A stretch of DNA of 64,000 nt from a virus (IMGVR_UViG_3300033566_000060:1-64000), one strand, 5' to 3'. Shown: positions 32,906 through 43,021, counted from the stretch's first letter. Notes: generated from the letters alone by a model not told the origin. Program-made: numbers and translations.

Positions 32906-33769
32906 ATGGCGAAAAGAAACCCAAAAAACGGGCGTTTCTCCGGGATGAAAGACAATCCGAAAAAAGACAATGGCGAACGATTGCGAAAGTACTACGCCAA
33001 ACTGAGAGAAGAGCGCGAGGCAGCAGGGATAAAAAAACCGATAGAAAGAGTACAGTTCAACCCATTGAAGCGATACGGGAGGAAGAACACCACAAAGATG
33101 CACAATCTTTTAAAGGTGAAGCCAAACGAAACGCATGAACAGTGGATGCGCCGTACCGCAAAATACCGATTGGCCACGGAAGAGGATTTCACCCGCACCA
33201 ACAAAGGCAAAAAGCAGTACAAGATTTATTCGAGTTCACTAAAAAAAGAACACGCCGAACGTTCTAAAAAGATAATCGACTCCCGATTTATTGCCAGACC
33301 AAAACTGTTCATCCAATACCTATGGGCGCTATTCGGATATTTTGAGGTGAAATACGGATTGGAACGCAACCATTTTCAGTTCATACTCTATTTGGATTCT
33401 TTGGAGCGTCCTTTCAGTAAGGACGAGTTTCTGTCAAAATGCGATGCCTTCGGGATAAAGCACGGTTCCTTTAAGGCGTGGGTAGAGAATCATATCATTG
33501 TGGACATAGCGATAAACGCCCCGAACATCCCTACGGAAAACACCGGTATGTACCGACTGTACCATGACATCACGCAGATATGCTATTTGTTTTACGTGTA
33601 CATCTCCGGAGACAAACTGCCACCGCAGTTGAAATTGGATCACGAGAAAAAAACGTCCGTAAATACGATGCTTTTGGAGATGCATGAGGAAATGAGTTTC
33701 TTTTTACAAGGATTGAAACCACAGGAATTAACCATCCGTTTCGATGAAAACGGTAACAGAATAACGTAA
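32906..33769 (+). CDS. hypothetical basic protein
   Basis: Start moved to ATG 32906 (MAKRNPKNGRF), just after the upstream stop. K/R-rich N-terminal half. Confidence 0.65.
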   Translation: MAKRNPKNGRFSGMKDNPKKDNGERLRKYYAKLREEREAAGIKKPIERVQFNPLKRYGRKNTTKMHNLLKVKPNETHEQWMRRTAKYRLATEEDFTRTNKGKKQYKIYSSSLKKEHAERSKKIIDSRFIARPKLFIQYLWALFGYFEVKYGLERNHFQFILYLDSLERPFSKDEFLSKCDAFGIKHGSFKAWVENHIIVDIAINAPNIPTENTGMYRLYHDITQICYLFYVYISGDKLPPQLKLDHEKKTSVNTMLLEMHEEMSFFLQGLKPQELTIRFDENGNRIT

Positions 33770-33789
33770 CCAATTAAAATTCATATATT

Positions 33790-33984
33790 ATGAGCAAACC
33801 AAGTTTAGAAAAACTGATTGTAAAGGGAATTAAAAATACGATTGTCAACGGAAAAACCATGTTCTACGTATCGGCAATTAAAAAAGCCTATCCGAAATGC
33901 ACCATCCACGATGCGGACATTGTAGTAACGGAAGTGGACGACAAAGAAATTAAGGTAGTCGATTTGGCGAACATCAAATTCTAA
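33790..33984 (+). CDS. hypothetical protein
   Basis: 64-aa ORF. Confidence 0.55.
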   Translation: MSKPSLEKLIVKGIKNTIVNGKTMFYVSAIKKAYPKCTIHDADIVVTEVDDKEIKVVDLANIKF

Positions 33985-33988
33985 AGCT

Positions 33989-34321
33989 ATGGGGAGGTCT
34001 AAATTGGAAAATAAGGTTTCCATAGACCGGCATCTATTCCGTGCTATGGCCGAAAAAGCCAGGATAACCGAAAAGGCTGCCGACATTATGTTTGATGGGT
34101 TTTTAAAATACATGATTGACGCGTACATGAACGACCAACCGATTGAGATTTCACGGATTGGGGTTATCACGCCCATACCGTTGGAAGAGAAATTGGGGTG
34201 GAACATCGCCAAGTTACGAACAGATTACATCGTTACCAACCGAAACCCAAAAATACGACTGTACACTACTTTAAAAACAAAGAAGCGATGTCAATTCAAA
34301 CAGAACCAAGAGCAAAAATAA
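33989..34321 (+). CDS. hypothetical protein, weakly HU/IHF-like
   Basis: 110 aa. IEISRIGVITP...NRNPKIRLY loosely resembles the DNABII arm region. Low certainty. Confidence 0.5.
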   Translation: MGRSKLENKVSIDRHLFRAMAEKARITEKAADIMFDGFLKYMIDAYMNDQPIEISRIGVITPIPLEEKLGWNIAKLRTDYIVTNRNPKIRLYTTLKTKKRCQFKQNQEQK

Positions 34322-34602
34322 ATTGTCTGACACATTTGTTGGAACTTTTAGGACAAGGCCACCGCTTTACGATTCTGTACAACGACAACCATTGCATCGG
34401 AGTGAATGAAAGCAAGATTTTTGAATTAGGGGAAACCTTTAAAAAAGATTTGTTGGCCGGGCATTCTTTGGATGGAGGGAACAAGTACATCCCGATTGAA
34501 GAGTGCTTGTCTTGCGAGGTAATCCAAAAAGTATTCAAGCTCAACAAACGGCATTCCGAGTTTTTGGAATGTTATTTTGAGACAATAAAAAAGCCGGCAT
34601 AA
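34288..34602 (+). CDS. hypothetical protein
   Basis: Start moved to ATG 34288. Ends in the terminator loop. Confidence 0.55.
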   Translation: MSIQTEPRAKINCLTHLLELLGQGHRFTILYNDNHCIGVNESKIFELGETFKKDLLAGHSLDGGNKYIPIEECLSCEVIQKVFKLNKRHSEFLECYFETIKKPA

Positions 34603-34620
34603 CAACCGGCTTTTTATTTT
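34587..34620. terminator. bidirectional terminator
   Basis: AAAAAGCCGG-cataacaa-CCGGCTTTTT between convergent genes. Confidence 0.7.
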
Positions 34621-34922
34621 TATAATATCATGGTGACATCGTTGAAGTACACGCAGTCGTACACTTCTGAATCTACCGTAATCGGACTGGTTTTATACCC
34701 ATCGTACATGATGGTATCTCCGGGTTGTAAAATGGTATTTCCGGAATCGTCTTTCGGACATAGATTACCCAAACTCTGCACAATCCCTTTACGGAATTTT
34801 TGGTTTTTGTCCTCTGCAGAAGTCAAATCCAATCCGGATCCGGTAACTTGCTTGTTCTCGATTTGCTTTACAATCACGATGGAATTTAAAGCCTGTCCTT
34901 TGAATTTAATTTCTTGGCTCAT
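34620..34922 (-). CDS. groES: GroES-like co-chaperonin
   Basis: 100 aa. IKFKGQALNSIVIVKQ...TGSGLDL...RKGIVQSLG...LQPGDTIMYDGYK...VYF.DV..IL follows the Cpn10 pattern. Overlaps the groEL stop. Confidence 0.75.
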   Translation of the reverse strand: MSQEIKFKGQALNSIVIVKQIENKQVTGSGLDLTSAEDKNQKFRKGIVQSLGNLCPKDDSGNTILQPGDTIMYDGYKTSPITVDSEVYDCVYFNDVTMIL

Positions 34923-36462
34923 ACTTCTCTCTTTTTAAAGTGATTACATTATCCGTCATCAGGATAGTTCCGGCCACAGAAATCGCATTGGTTAAAGCGG
35001 TCTTGATGGCTTTGGCAGAATCCACAATACCGGCATCGAACATATTGATTTCCTTGAATTCTTTTACATCGTAGCCAATTGGATATTTTGGAGTTCCTTC
35101 CAATTTAATTGAAGCATTGCTTAATATTTTAAGGAAAGGAGTTCTTAACGATATTCCAGAAACATCGTCCAAATCATCAAACAACACTTTTGAACATTCC
35201 AATAAAGCAGTACCTCCACCGGCAACCACACCTTCTTCTTTTGCGGAACGAACGGCACACACCGCATCTTCCACGCGCGCCATACGTTCTTTCAATTCCG
35301 ATTCTGTGTAACCACCTACTTTTATAATCGATACGCCACCGGAAAGTTTTGAAATACGATCACGCAGGTATTTCTTTTCCATGTTGCTGTTGGTGTTTTC
35401 GATGATTTCTTTTAACTCCGAGATTTTACCTTGCACGGCATCAATGGTTTTTTCCATTGCCGGGGTGATAATGGTATCGCTTTTACCAACCACCACTTTT
35501 TCCGCTACGCCAAGGAAGTCTTCGGCACGTCCGGAAAAATCATCTCCGGAAAGCGTAGTAACCGCCTGAGTACCGCAAAGGATAGCCAAGTCATTCAACA
35601 AGTCTTTTCGTTTTCCTCCGAAAGCCGGCGGTGTAACTACAGCCACTTTCAATGCGCCTTTCAGTTTGTTCTGCAGAATAACATTCTGTACCTGAAATTC
35701 CATTTCAGAAATAATCAATAATTCCCTTTGGTTTTCGGCAGCGTATGATAAAAACGGTTCAATCTGTTTTACGGTGCGGAAGTTGATATTGGAAATCAAT
35801 ACTAATGGGAAAGTATCGAGTACGGCAGTTCTATCCGAAGATACGTTTTGGTACAGTTCGTCTACATAACCGGATTCCAAAAGTGTACCTGGAATATGAT
35901 CCAAATACGTTTCTTCGGTATCGGAACGGAAATGCGCCACCGAACCGTTTTCACCTGCTTTGATAAAAGCATCGGCCACCACTTTGGCAATGAACTCGTC
36001 GGAGTTGGCAGAGGTTTTCGCTACGTCATAAATCAGTTTGTCGGTAGTCTCGATGGACATTTTTTCAATCTCCTTGATGATAAGTTCTTTGGAACGCTCG
36101 ATGTCGTTTTTAATATCGATGGCCGGCGTACCCTGTGCCAGTTTTTCGTGAGCGTATTTGATAAACATTTGGGCTAACAAAATAGTAAGTGTAGTATTGT
36201 CTCCGGCAATGTCAACTGTTTTTTGAGAAGCCTCTTTTAAGATTTGGCAAGCGGCGTTTTCCAAAGGATCTTCCAAGTGAATCGATTCCAATACGGTGAA
36301 TCCGTCTTTTGTGGAATCAATCAGGCCACCATGCTCTTCAATCAATACGGTACGGCCTCTGTAGCCCATTGTTGAAGTAACCACGTCAGCCACTTTGTTC
36401 ACACCGTCAATCAGTGCTTTTTTCGCCTCTTCTCCGGAGGTAATGTCTTTTAAAATGTTCAT
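34906..36462 (-). CDS. groEL: GroEL-like chaperonin
   Basis: EEAKKALIDGVNKVADVVTSTMGYRGRTVLIE at the N-terminus, AGDNTTLTILLA (GDGTTT equivalent) and VAGGGTALLE. Start taken at MNILKD (36462). Confidence 0.9.
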   Translation of the reverse strand: MNILKDITSGEEAKKALIDGVNKVADVVTSTMGYRGRTVLIEEHGGLIDSTKDGFTVLESIHLEDPLENAACQILKEASQKTVDIAGDNTTLTILLAQMFIKYAHEKLAQGTPAIDIKNDIERSKELIIKEIEKMSIETTDKLIYDVAKTSANSDEFIAKVVADAFIKAGENGSVAHFRSDTEETYLDHIPGTLLESGYVDELYQNVSSDRTAVLDTFPLVLISNINFRTVKQIEPFLSYAAENQRELLIISEMEFQVQNVILQNKLKGALKVAVVTPPAFGGKRKDLLNDLAILCGTQAVTTLSGDDFSGRAEDFLGVAEKVVVGKSDTIITPAMEKTIDAVQGKISELKEIIENTNSNMEKKYLRDRISKLSGGVSIIKVGGYTESELKERMARVEDAVCAVRSAKEEGVVAGGGTALLECSKVLFDDLDDVSGISLRTPFLKILSNASIKLEGTPKYPIGYDVKEFKEINMFDAGIVDSAKAIKTALTNAISVAGTILMTDNVITLKREKYEPRN

Positions 36463-36495
36463 ATAGTAAATGTTAGTGAATTGATTAAACTGAAA

Positions 36496-36503
36496 CAAAT
36501 GTA
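36496..36503 (-). promoter_or_regulatory. -7 promoter box (TACATTTG on minus strand) for groEL-groES
   Basis: The plus strand reads CAAATGTA, about 35 nt upstream of ATG 36462. Confidence 0.45.
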
Positions 36504-36554
36504 GGAAATTGGAATTTGATAAACAATAATTACCTATCGTATAGATAAAATTTA

Positions 36555-36562
36555 TATTTTTG
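36555..36562 (+). promoter_or_regulatory. -7 promoter box TATTTTTG
   Basis: TAnnTTTG match about 43 nt upstream of ATG 36605. Confidence 0.45.
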
Positions 36563-36604
36563 TTTAAAATAATAGATTTTTTCTATAACTATAAAAAGAG
36601 AGTC

Positions 36605-37309
36605 ATGGCAAAGTTCAATATTTCCACGGAAGGGAATTCGTTAAAAATAGATTTAGTGGTGACGCTTGGTGATTTCACGCCGAGTGGTAGTACTTTTATC
36701 GCGCCTTCTATTGAAATGGTAAAAGATAAATTCAAGTTTTACGAATACGGAGTCTATAGAACAATGCTTCCTTTTTATGAAATAGGAACTATCGATGGTG
36801 TGGTGCCTTCGGATATTGCCGATGCATACGCGAAGATAAACACGCTTATAGCAGGAATAGAACATGTACTTCAGATAACGGATTATTTTATACCGCTTTC
36901 TGGTACGATAGAAAACAAACCAGTAACCGGAACCATACTGTCGGAAGACGGAAATGGATCTTCGGTAGAGGTAAAAACATCTCAAATCGTAGTAAAGTAT
37001 GAAGATGATTCACCTGAAATTGATTTTACTAATGTCAATTCAGGTAATATACAATGTAGCTCTACTGTTGGAGGGGTAACTACTTCAGGCGGCATCAGTA
37101 ATCAAGGATTGCATTCAGAAGATCCTACTAACGGGAGCAGGACCAATACATACCCATTAGCTGACGGGAGATTAGCAGTAATAGGGCATACGGCTCCGGC
37201 ATCCGCCACAGCAGCAGGAAAACAAGGGGAGATAAGAGTAACTTCAACATTTATCTATGTATGTATAGCGACTAACACATGGGTGAGGTCAGTTATTGCT
37301 ACTTGGTAG
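36605..37309 (+). CDS. virion/tail-fibre-associated protein
   Basis: Start at MAKFNIS. First gene of the fibre cluster. G/T/S-rich C-terminal half. Confidence 0.65.
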   Translation: MAKFNISTEGNSLKIDLVVTLGDFTPSGSTFIAPSIEMVKDKFKFYEYGVYRTMLPFYEIGTIDGVVPSDIADAYAKINTLIAGIEHVLQITDYFIPLSGTIENKPVTGTILSEDGNGSSVEVKTSQIVVKYEDDSPEIDFTNVNSGNIQCSSTVGGVTTSGGISNQGLHSEDPTNGSRTNTYPLADGRLAVIGHTAPASATAAGKQGEIRVTSTFIYVCIATNTWVRSVIATW

Positions 37310-37347
37310 TAAATGAATAAAAAATACCACAAACACGACATTTACCC

Positions 37348-39807
37348 ATGACTAAAATAAGAAACCAAATCGCATATAAGCCTGATACCGAAATAAGCGG
37401 TAAGGATTATTTTATTGGGAGTGATTACGACAAGCCAAACAAAGACACGGTAAATTTCCGAGTAGAAGAACTTGGGGGTTATTACAACATGACCAACGGT
37501 ATTCGTAATTTCGATTATGTTTTTTATCAGCATGCCAGTCCGTCATCAACACCTACCGATGGTTATTTTTACGCTAATGACAATGAGCAGGATCCGAATT
37601 GGATAACACACTTTATATTCTCTAAAAAAACATTAAGAGGTAAGGAAGTTTCGCAGTTTTTCCAAAGCATAACGGCTGAAAATCCTTTCACTCTTATTAT
37701 TTCTCAGAAACAACACCTAAATTCAATTTTCTTTTTCAATATCGACGAGGTTATTGATTTAGGAAACTGCTACCAATTGAATGTTTCTAAGGTGTTTTTC
37801 CATGAAAACAAGGTTTTGGAATACACAGTAAGTTACGCAACATTTAATTTAAAATCGCAAGGGGCAACCATTGATCAAGACAATATAATTCGTTTTATAA
37901 ATGTAGGATATACTCCTATAATCAACTCGCTTAACTATCAACCTATTGATGAGAATTTAATAAGTGATTACTTTGATAGTTATTTTATGAACAACTCAAT
38001 TACAATTACTGATAAGCAAATTGTAATTTTTAAAATAGCTGTAGTGGTTGAGGTTGTAAATGATAATAATGATGTTATTAATAAATACATTCAAAACAGG
38101 AAATATTATACCACAAACGGGAAAGGAGTTTACGCTCCAATGTACCCAACATTTAATGGGAAAGGATTAGAATTGGATTATACGCAACAAGCGCCAAGCG
38201 CTCCTTCTGTAGAAAGCGTATTGAGTGATGTAAATAATATTATCTTTGATTTAGGTGATATTACAGGAAACGATTATTTGGAATTTATAAATACTATACC
38301 AAATATAGAATTCCCACAAGGCTATCCTTTAATAGAAAATTCAAAAATTTATTATTTTAAATTTATTGATAACGACATAACTTATCTTTATTATTTTGAC
38401 GAATTAAATTCTGTAAATAGTTATGGTACTTATGGTGTCGATGGTGATTTTACTTTTACTATTGATGAATTGGTGTTGTTTTACCAATCGGATATTACCT
38501 ATGAACTTCCATCAATAACAAATACTTCCGACTTAATCAACGATGGCGCTGACGGAACAAGCACTTATGTGGAGGCTGATGAAATTCCGGAATTGGTGCA
38601 AGATGCAATAGGGAATATTTTAGTAAATTCTGTTGCGATAACTTTTGATTACGATGATGATGCTAATACTATTACGGCAGATGTAAACCCTAATTCTATC
38701 ACATCAAATGAACTAGCCAATAATATAAACATTTCCGAGTTTATAAATAACGCTAATTACACAACCGTTGCAGCATCACAAGCGTATGCGGATGCATTGG
38801 TTGTTTCTATTTTCAGACCTGCAGGAAGTTGGGATGCTTCAGGTAACACATTCCCAACAACTGGAACCGGAACGGCGGGAGCAATTCGACAAGGAGACAC
38901 ATACAATACAACGGTAGCGGGAACGCCTTCTGGATTTGAGAAATTGGATATAGGAGATAATTTCTATGCCTTAGTTTCAAGTCCAGGACAGACGGCTTCC
39001 AACTGGGCTAAATTTGAAGCTAACACTCAACAAGCCACCGAAAGTTTCAGAGGTACTACTAAGATAACAACACAGGCTATTGTTGAGGACAATACAACCA
39101 CAAACGACACGGATAGCGTAACAGCTAAGAAGTTTTGGTTGGGGTGGACAAAAGGATTGACATTAACCACTTTTTTTAATGCGATATTAGGTACTGTTTT
39201 AAGTGGGCTTTCTGCTTCTTCGGGTACGTTTACGAGTACTGATACTATTCTTGTGGCTTTCAATAAAATTAAATATCTTATTGATAACATCGCTTCTATT
39301 TATTCGCCTATAGCCTCACCTACGTTTACAGGAACGGTAACAACGCCAGAAATTATAGTGAGTTCCGAAACCGCGTCAAGAGTAGCTATTATAGATGGGT
39401 ATAAAAAATTAAAGTCGGCTGATACAACTACTTATCCAAATTTAACAGAACTTTCCTATTTAAAAGGAGTTAATAGTGCATTACAAACACAAATAGACAC
39501 ACCTCAGATAACTATTACTACAGGGGTATCAATAGATACAACTACATTAGTTTCAGGTCTTTCTCAAAAAGGCAGAAATGTTGTGATATCCAATGGCGCT
39601 TCAGCTATAAATTACACTTGTAACGGAACAGATGGTTTTGCAGCATCTTATGTTAAGATAGGTTCGGCAGCAGTAACTTTTGTGGCAGGTAGTGGTAGGA
39701 CATTGGTTCAAATGGATGGTACAGCAATATTAAATGGAATAGCAGGTTCAAGAGCAGCAATAGCTTCTATAGGAACAGTAGATTATTTATATATAACAAA
39801 TTACTAG
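37348..39807 (+). CDS. tail fibre/spike protein 1
   Basis: 819 aa. Its N-terminal ~45 aa are shared with ORF 45203..46087. T/S/G/N-rich beta-type sequence. Confidence 0.7.
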   Translation: MTKIRNQIAYKPDTEISGKDYFIGSDYDKPNKDTVNFRVEELGGYYNMTNGIRNFDYVFYQHASPSSTPTDGYFYANDNEQDPNWITHFIFSKKTLRGKEVSQFFQSITAENPFTLIISQKQHLNSIFFFNIDEVIDLGNCYQLNVSKVFFHENKVLEYTVSYATFNLKSQGATIDQDNIIRFINVGYTPIINSLNYQPIDENLISDYFDSYFMNNSITITDKQIVIFKIAVVVEVVNDNNDVINKYIQNRKYYTTNGKGVYAPMYPTFNGKGLELDYTQQAPSAPSVESVLSDVNNIIFDLGDITGNDYLEFINTIPNIEFPQGYPLIENSKIYYFKFIDNDITYLYYFDELNSVNSYGTYGVDGDFTFTIDELVLFYQSDITYELPSITNTSDLINDGADGTSTYVEADEIPELVQDAIGNILVNSVAITFDYDDDANTITADVNPNSITSNELANNINISEFINNANYTTVAASQAYADALVVSIFRPAGSWDASGNTFPTTGTGTAGAIRQGDTYNTTVAGTPSGFEKLDIGDNFYALVSSPGQTASNWAKFEANTQQATESFRGTTKITTQAIVEDNTTTNDTDSVTAKKFWLGWTKGLTLTTFFNAILGTVLSGLSASSGTFTSTDTILVAFNKIKYLIDNIASIYSPIASPTFTGTVTTPEIIVSSETASRVAIIDGYKKLKSADTTTYPNLTELSYLKGVNSALQTQIDTPQITITTGVSIDTTTLVSGLSQKGRNVVISNGASAINYTCNGTDGFAASYVKIGSAAVTFVAGSGRTLVQMDGTAILNGIAGSRAAIASIGTVDYLYITNY

Positions 39808-39808
39808 T

Positions 39809-41749
39809 ATGAGTTTTTTTAATCCTATGCTATATTATTCCGCAGGAGATGGAAGGCATTTTATATCTACTTGGAATACAAACAACACTTCTACAGGTTC
39901 AAGTACGAGTACTCAGGTTAAACTGCCGTTGGTTTCATCGGGAACTTATAATTTTAGAGTAGATTGGGGAGATGGGACATTTAACAATATAACAGTTTGG
40001 AATGATGCAGCAACTACCCATACTTATTCTGTTGCAGGAACTTACACTATAAAAATAACAGGAACTTGTACAGGATGGCGGTTTGCCAATATTGGGGACA
40101 GGCTTAAAATTTTATCAATTTCCAGTTGGGGGAAGTTAAAACCAATAACATCTGCATCTGGTTTATTCAGAGGTTGTGGTAATTTAACACTATCGTCAGT
40201 TACAGATATACTAGATTTATCTGCAACTACGGGGATGATAGATGCTTTTAGGGATTGTACTTCTATAACGACAATTAATAGAATTAACGAATGGAATATG
40301 TCGAATAAAATAGACATAAACTCAATGTTTCAGAATTGCGTTAATTTCAATCAATCCCTAAATTCATGGGATGTAAGTAGCGTTACAAATTTCTCGACTT
40401 TATTTAGTGGCTGTAGTGCATTTAACGGAAGCATCGGTTCTTGGAACACCATTTCAGCTACAAATATGGGGTCAATGTTCAATAGTGCAACATCTTTTAA
40501 CCAATCATTGAATTCCTGGAATGTAAGTAATTGTCTAGCCTTTACAACTATGTTTAGTGGCTGTAGTGCTTTTAATGGAAATATCACTTCATGGGTATTC
40601 AAATCAACAGGTTCTATCAACGTAAATTCAATGTTCCTTAACTGTACAAACTTTAATCAAAATATTGGTTCTTGGAATACTGGGAGGTTTACAACAATGT
40701 CATCAATGTTTCAGAATTGTACAAATTTCAATCAAAACTTGAATAGTTGGGATGTAAGCAATGTTACAAATATGGCATCTGTGTTTAGATTATGTTCATC
40801 ATTCAATAGCAATATAACTTCATGGAACACAATTAGTGCTACAACTATGACATCAATGTTTAATAGTGCCTTAGTATTTAATCAAAATATTGGTGCTTGG
40901 AATGTTACAAAAGTTACTGATATGTCAGCCATGTTCAATAATGCTGCTCTTTTTAATAATGGTGGTTCGAATTCAATAAATACTTGGATTATAAATACAA
41001 CTACAGCGGTTAGTATGCAATTAATGTTTAATTCATCGTCTTTTAACCAACCTCTAAACTTATGGAATACATCTAAAGTAAATAATATGCAGTTGATGTT
41101 TTCATCAACCCCATTTAATCAAAATATTGGTGGTTGGGATACAAGTTCAGTTACTAATATGGCTTTAATGTTTTCATCTAATAATGCATTTAATCAAAAT
41201 TTGAATTCTTGGAATGTTGGGTTGGTAACTGTAATGAATTCTATGTTTGATGGAGCAACATCATTTAATAATAATGGTTCTACATTAAATAGTTGGAACA
41301 CTTCAAATGTATTAAACATGAGTGCCATGTTCAGAAATACTCCATTCAATCAAAATATAACAAGTTGGAATGTTGGATTGGTTACAAACATGAGTCAGAT
41401 GTTTTCATCTAATAATGCATTTAATCAGAATATAGGAGGATGGAATGTTTCTTCTGTTACTAATATGAGTACTATGTTCAATGGTGCAACAGCTTTTAAT
41501 CAGAATATAGGGTCTTGGAATATCATAAATGTTACAAACTTCTCATTATTTATGAATGGTAAAACACCAGCCACCTTTTCTACGACTAATTTAGATGCTA
41601 TTTATAATGGATGGTCAGCATTACCTTCATTACAATCAGGAATATCTATTACATTTGGAACAGCTAAATATACCGCAGCATCCTCAGCAGGTAGAGTAAT
41701 ACTAACAGGCTCTCCAAATAACTGGGTCATAACAGATGGTGGAATATAA
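39809..41749 (+). CDS. BspA-type leucine-rich-repeat (DUF285-like) protein, probable receptor-binding component
   Basis: About 16-17 units of ~26 aa of the form (M)F.(N/G)(C/A)..FNQ(N/S)(I/L).SW(N/D)(V/T)S.VT.M. Start overlaps the fibre gene stop. Confidence 0.8.
   Translation: MSFFNPMLYYSAGDGRHFISTWNTNNTSTGSSTSTQVKLPLVSSGTYNFRVDWGDGTFNNITVWNDAATTHTYSVAGTYTIKITGTCTGWRFANIGDRLKILSISSWGKLKPITSASGLFRGCGNLTLSSVTDILDLSATTGMIDAFRDCTSITTINRINEWNMSNKIDINSMFQNCVNFNQSLNSWDVSSVTNFSTLFSGCSAFNGSIGSWNTISATNMGSMFNSATSFNQSLNSWNVSNCLAFTTMFSGCSAFNGNITSWVFKSTGSINVNSMFLNCTNFNQNIGSWNTGRFTTMSSMFQNCTNFNQNLNSWDVSNVTNMASVFRLCSSFNSNITSWNTISATTMTSMFNSALVFNQNIGAWNVTKVTDMSAMFNNAALFNNGGSNSINTWIINTTTAVSMQLMFNSSSFNQPLNLWNTSKVNNMQLMFSSTPFNQNIGGWDTSSVTNMALMFSSNNAFNQNLNSWNVGLVTVMNSMFDGATSFNNNGSTLNSWNTSNVLNMSAMFRNTPFNQNITSWNVGLVTNMSQMFSSNNAFNQNIGGWNVSSVTNMSTMFNGATAFNQNIGSWNIINVTNFSLFMNGKTPATFSTTNLDAIYNGWSALPSLQSGISITFGTAKYTAASSAGRVILTGSPNNWVITDGGI
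40320..41565 (+). repeat. coding tandem repeats (~78-bp units) of the LRR protein
   Basis: Recurrent ttcaatcaaaatattgg / tcttggaatgt blocks. The boundaries are approximate. Confidence 0.7.
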
Positions 41750-41760
41750 TATTTATAACT

Positions 41761-42123
41761 ATGATAACATTAAAAACAAAAACACAATTTTTAGTTCCGT
41801 TTGGAAGAATTTTTAGAGAGGAATATATATATCTAACTGTGGAAAGGTTAGAAATTGATATTAACAATATAACACATATTGGGTTTTATTATTTTATTGA
41901 TGAAAATGAACAAGTACAAAAATTAGACGATATAAAAAGAAACCCTAAATTATGGACAACGGTAGAAGTAGCAGAGTTTGGACTATTAAGCAGTTTAGAG
42001 TCTTCTGTTCACTTAAAAGATAATCTTTTACAAAGAGTAATAGAGTTTACTTTTATACAACTAGAACAAGAAGCAAATTTAAACTATGGAACAATTGCAA
42101 GTGATTGGGAACTATTAGTATAA
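41761..42123 (+). CDS. hypothetical protein
   Basis: 120-aa ORF following the LRR gene. Confidence 0.6.
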   Translation: MITLKTKTQFLVPFGRIFREEYIYLTVERLEIDINNITHIGFYYFIDENEQVQKLDDIKRNPKLWTTVEVAEFGLLSSLESSVHLKDNLLQRVIEFTFIQLEQEANLNYGTIASDWELLV

Positions 42124-42200
42124 CTTTTTTAATCTATTTGGTAAACACGCAAAAAATAAAAATAAATAAATGAATTAGCTAATTTAAAAAAATAATAAAT

Positions 42201-42320
42201 ATGAGTTTAAAAATAAGACGACTTATAGGATATTGGATAATGTTATTGCTTGGTATATTCTTGCTAGTAACACAGTGTAGAAAGTATTTCTTAAATAACT
42301 TTTTAGAATATACTTGGTAG
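42201..42320 (+). CDS. small membrane protein (39 aa, below the ORF-track cutoff)
   Basis: Hand translation: MSLKIRRLIGYWIMLLLGIFLLVTQCRKYFLNNFLEYTW. Confidence 0.4.
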   Translation: MSLKIRRLIGYWIMLLLGIFLLVTQCRKYFLNNFLEYTW

Positions 42321-42414
42321 CAACTAACCGTAGAATTTGTAATTACATGTGTTGCTATATTAATGGTCTTACGACCAACTGGACGATATTTTTATTAACG
42401 GAAATTCATAAGTT

Positions 42415-42912
42415 ATGGAAAAACGTATCACAAAACTTGAAGTCCTTTTGGCGGTGTTTCTGCTATTGCTTCCACTTATTCTAATACTTGTAAATGGAGA
42501 AATAAGACCAAGTATCAGCAACTACGCCTATGCTAAACACGAAGATTCTTTAGTGGCATTTTTAACTATTGCTGGCTGCTTATTTCTGTACAACGGAACA
42601 ATTTATGGAAAGAAGTGGTATAACATCGTTTTAGGCTGTTCGTTATTTGGAGTTGCATTAACTCCGCATCTTGACTACCCGGTATTGCATTATTCTTTTG
42701 CGGGTTTGTTTTTTCTTGGAAGTGTGGCCACAATGATAATTTTTAGTTCACCGGCACAACGCGAATTGAAAATAGTACTCGGAACCTTAATTGTTTTGGC
42801 ATTACTAAATTACTACATAACCGAAATGTACAGCCTTTTAGTTGCTGAATGGATTGGCATACTTCCAATATCTATTCACTTTATTGGCGAGAGCCTAAAA
42901 AAATTCGATTAA
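42415..42912 (+). CDS. multi-pass membrane protein
   Basis: Four to five hydrophobic helices. Confidence 0.65.
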   Translation: MEKRITKLEVLLAVFLLLLPLILILVNGEIRPSISNYAYAKHEDSLVAFLTIAGCLFLYNGTIYGKKWYNIVLGCSLFGVALTPHLDYPVLHYSFAGLFFLGSVATMIIFSSPAQRELKIVLGTLIVLALLNYYITEMYSLLVAEWIGILPISIHFIGESLKKFD

Positions 42913-43021
42913 TCGTAAATACCATAAATACCATGAAAAACGGAATATTACCACAACCAAGACCAAGAACAACTGATAAAAATACAAGTAGTAAACCAAT
43001 AAAACCAAAACCAAAGAAATA

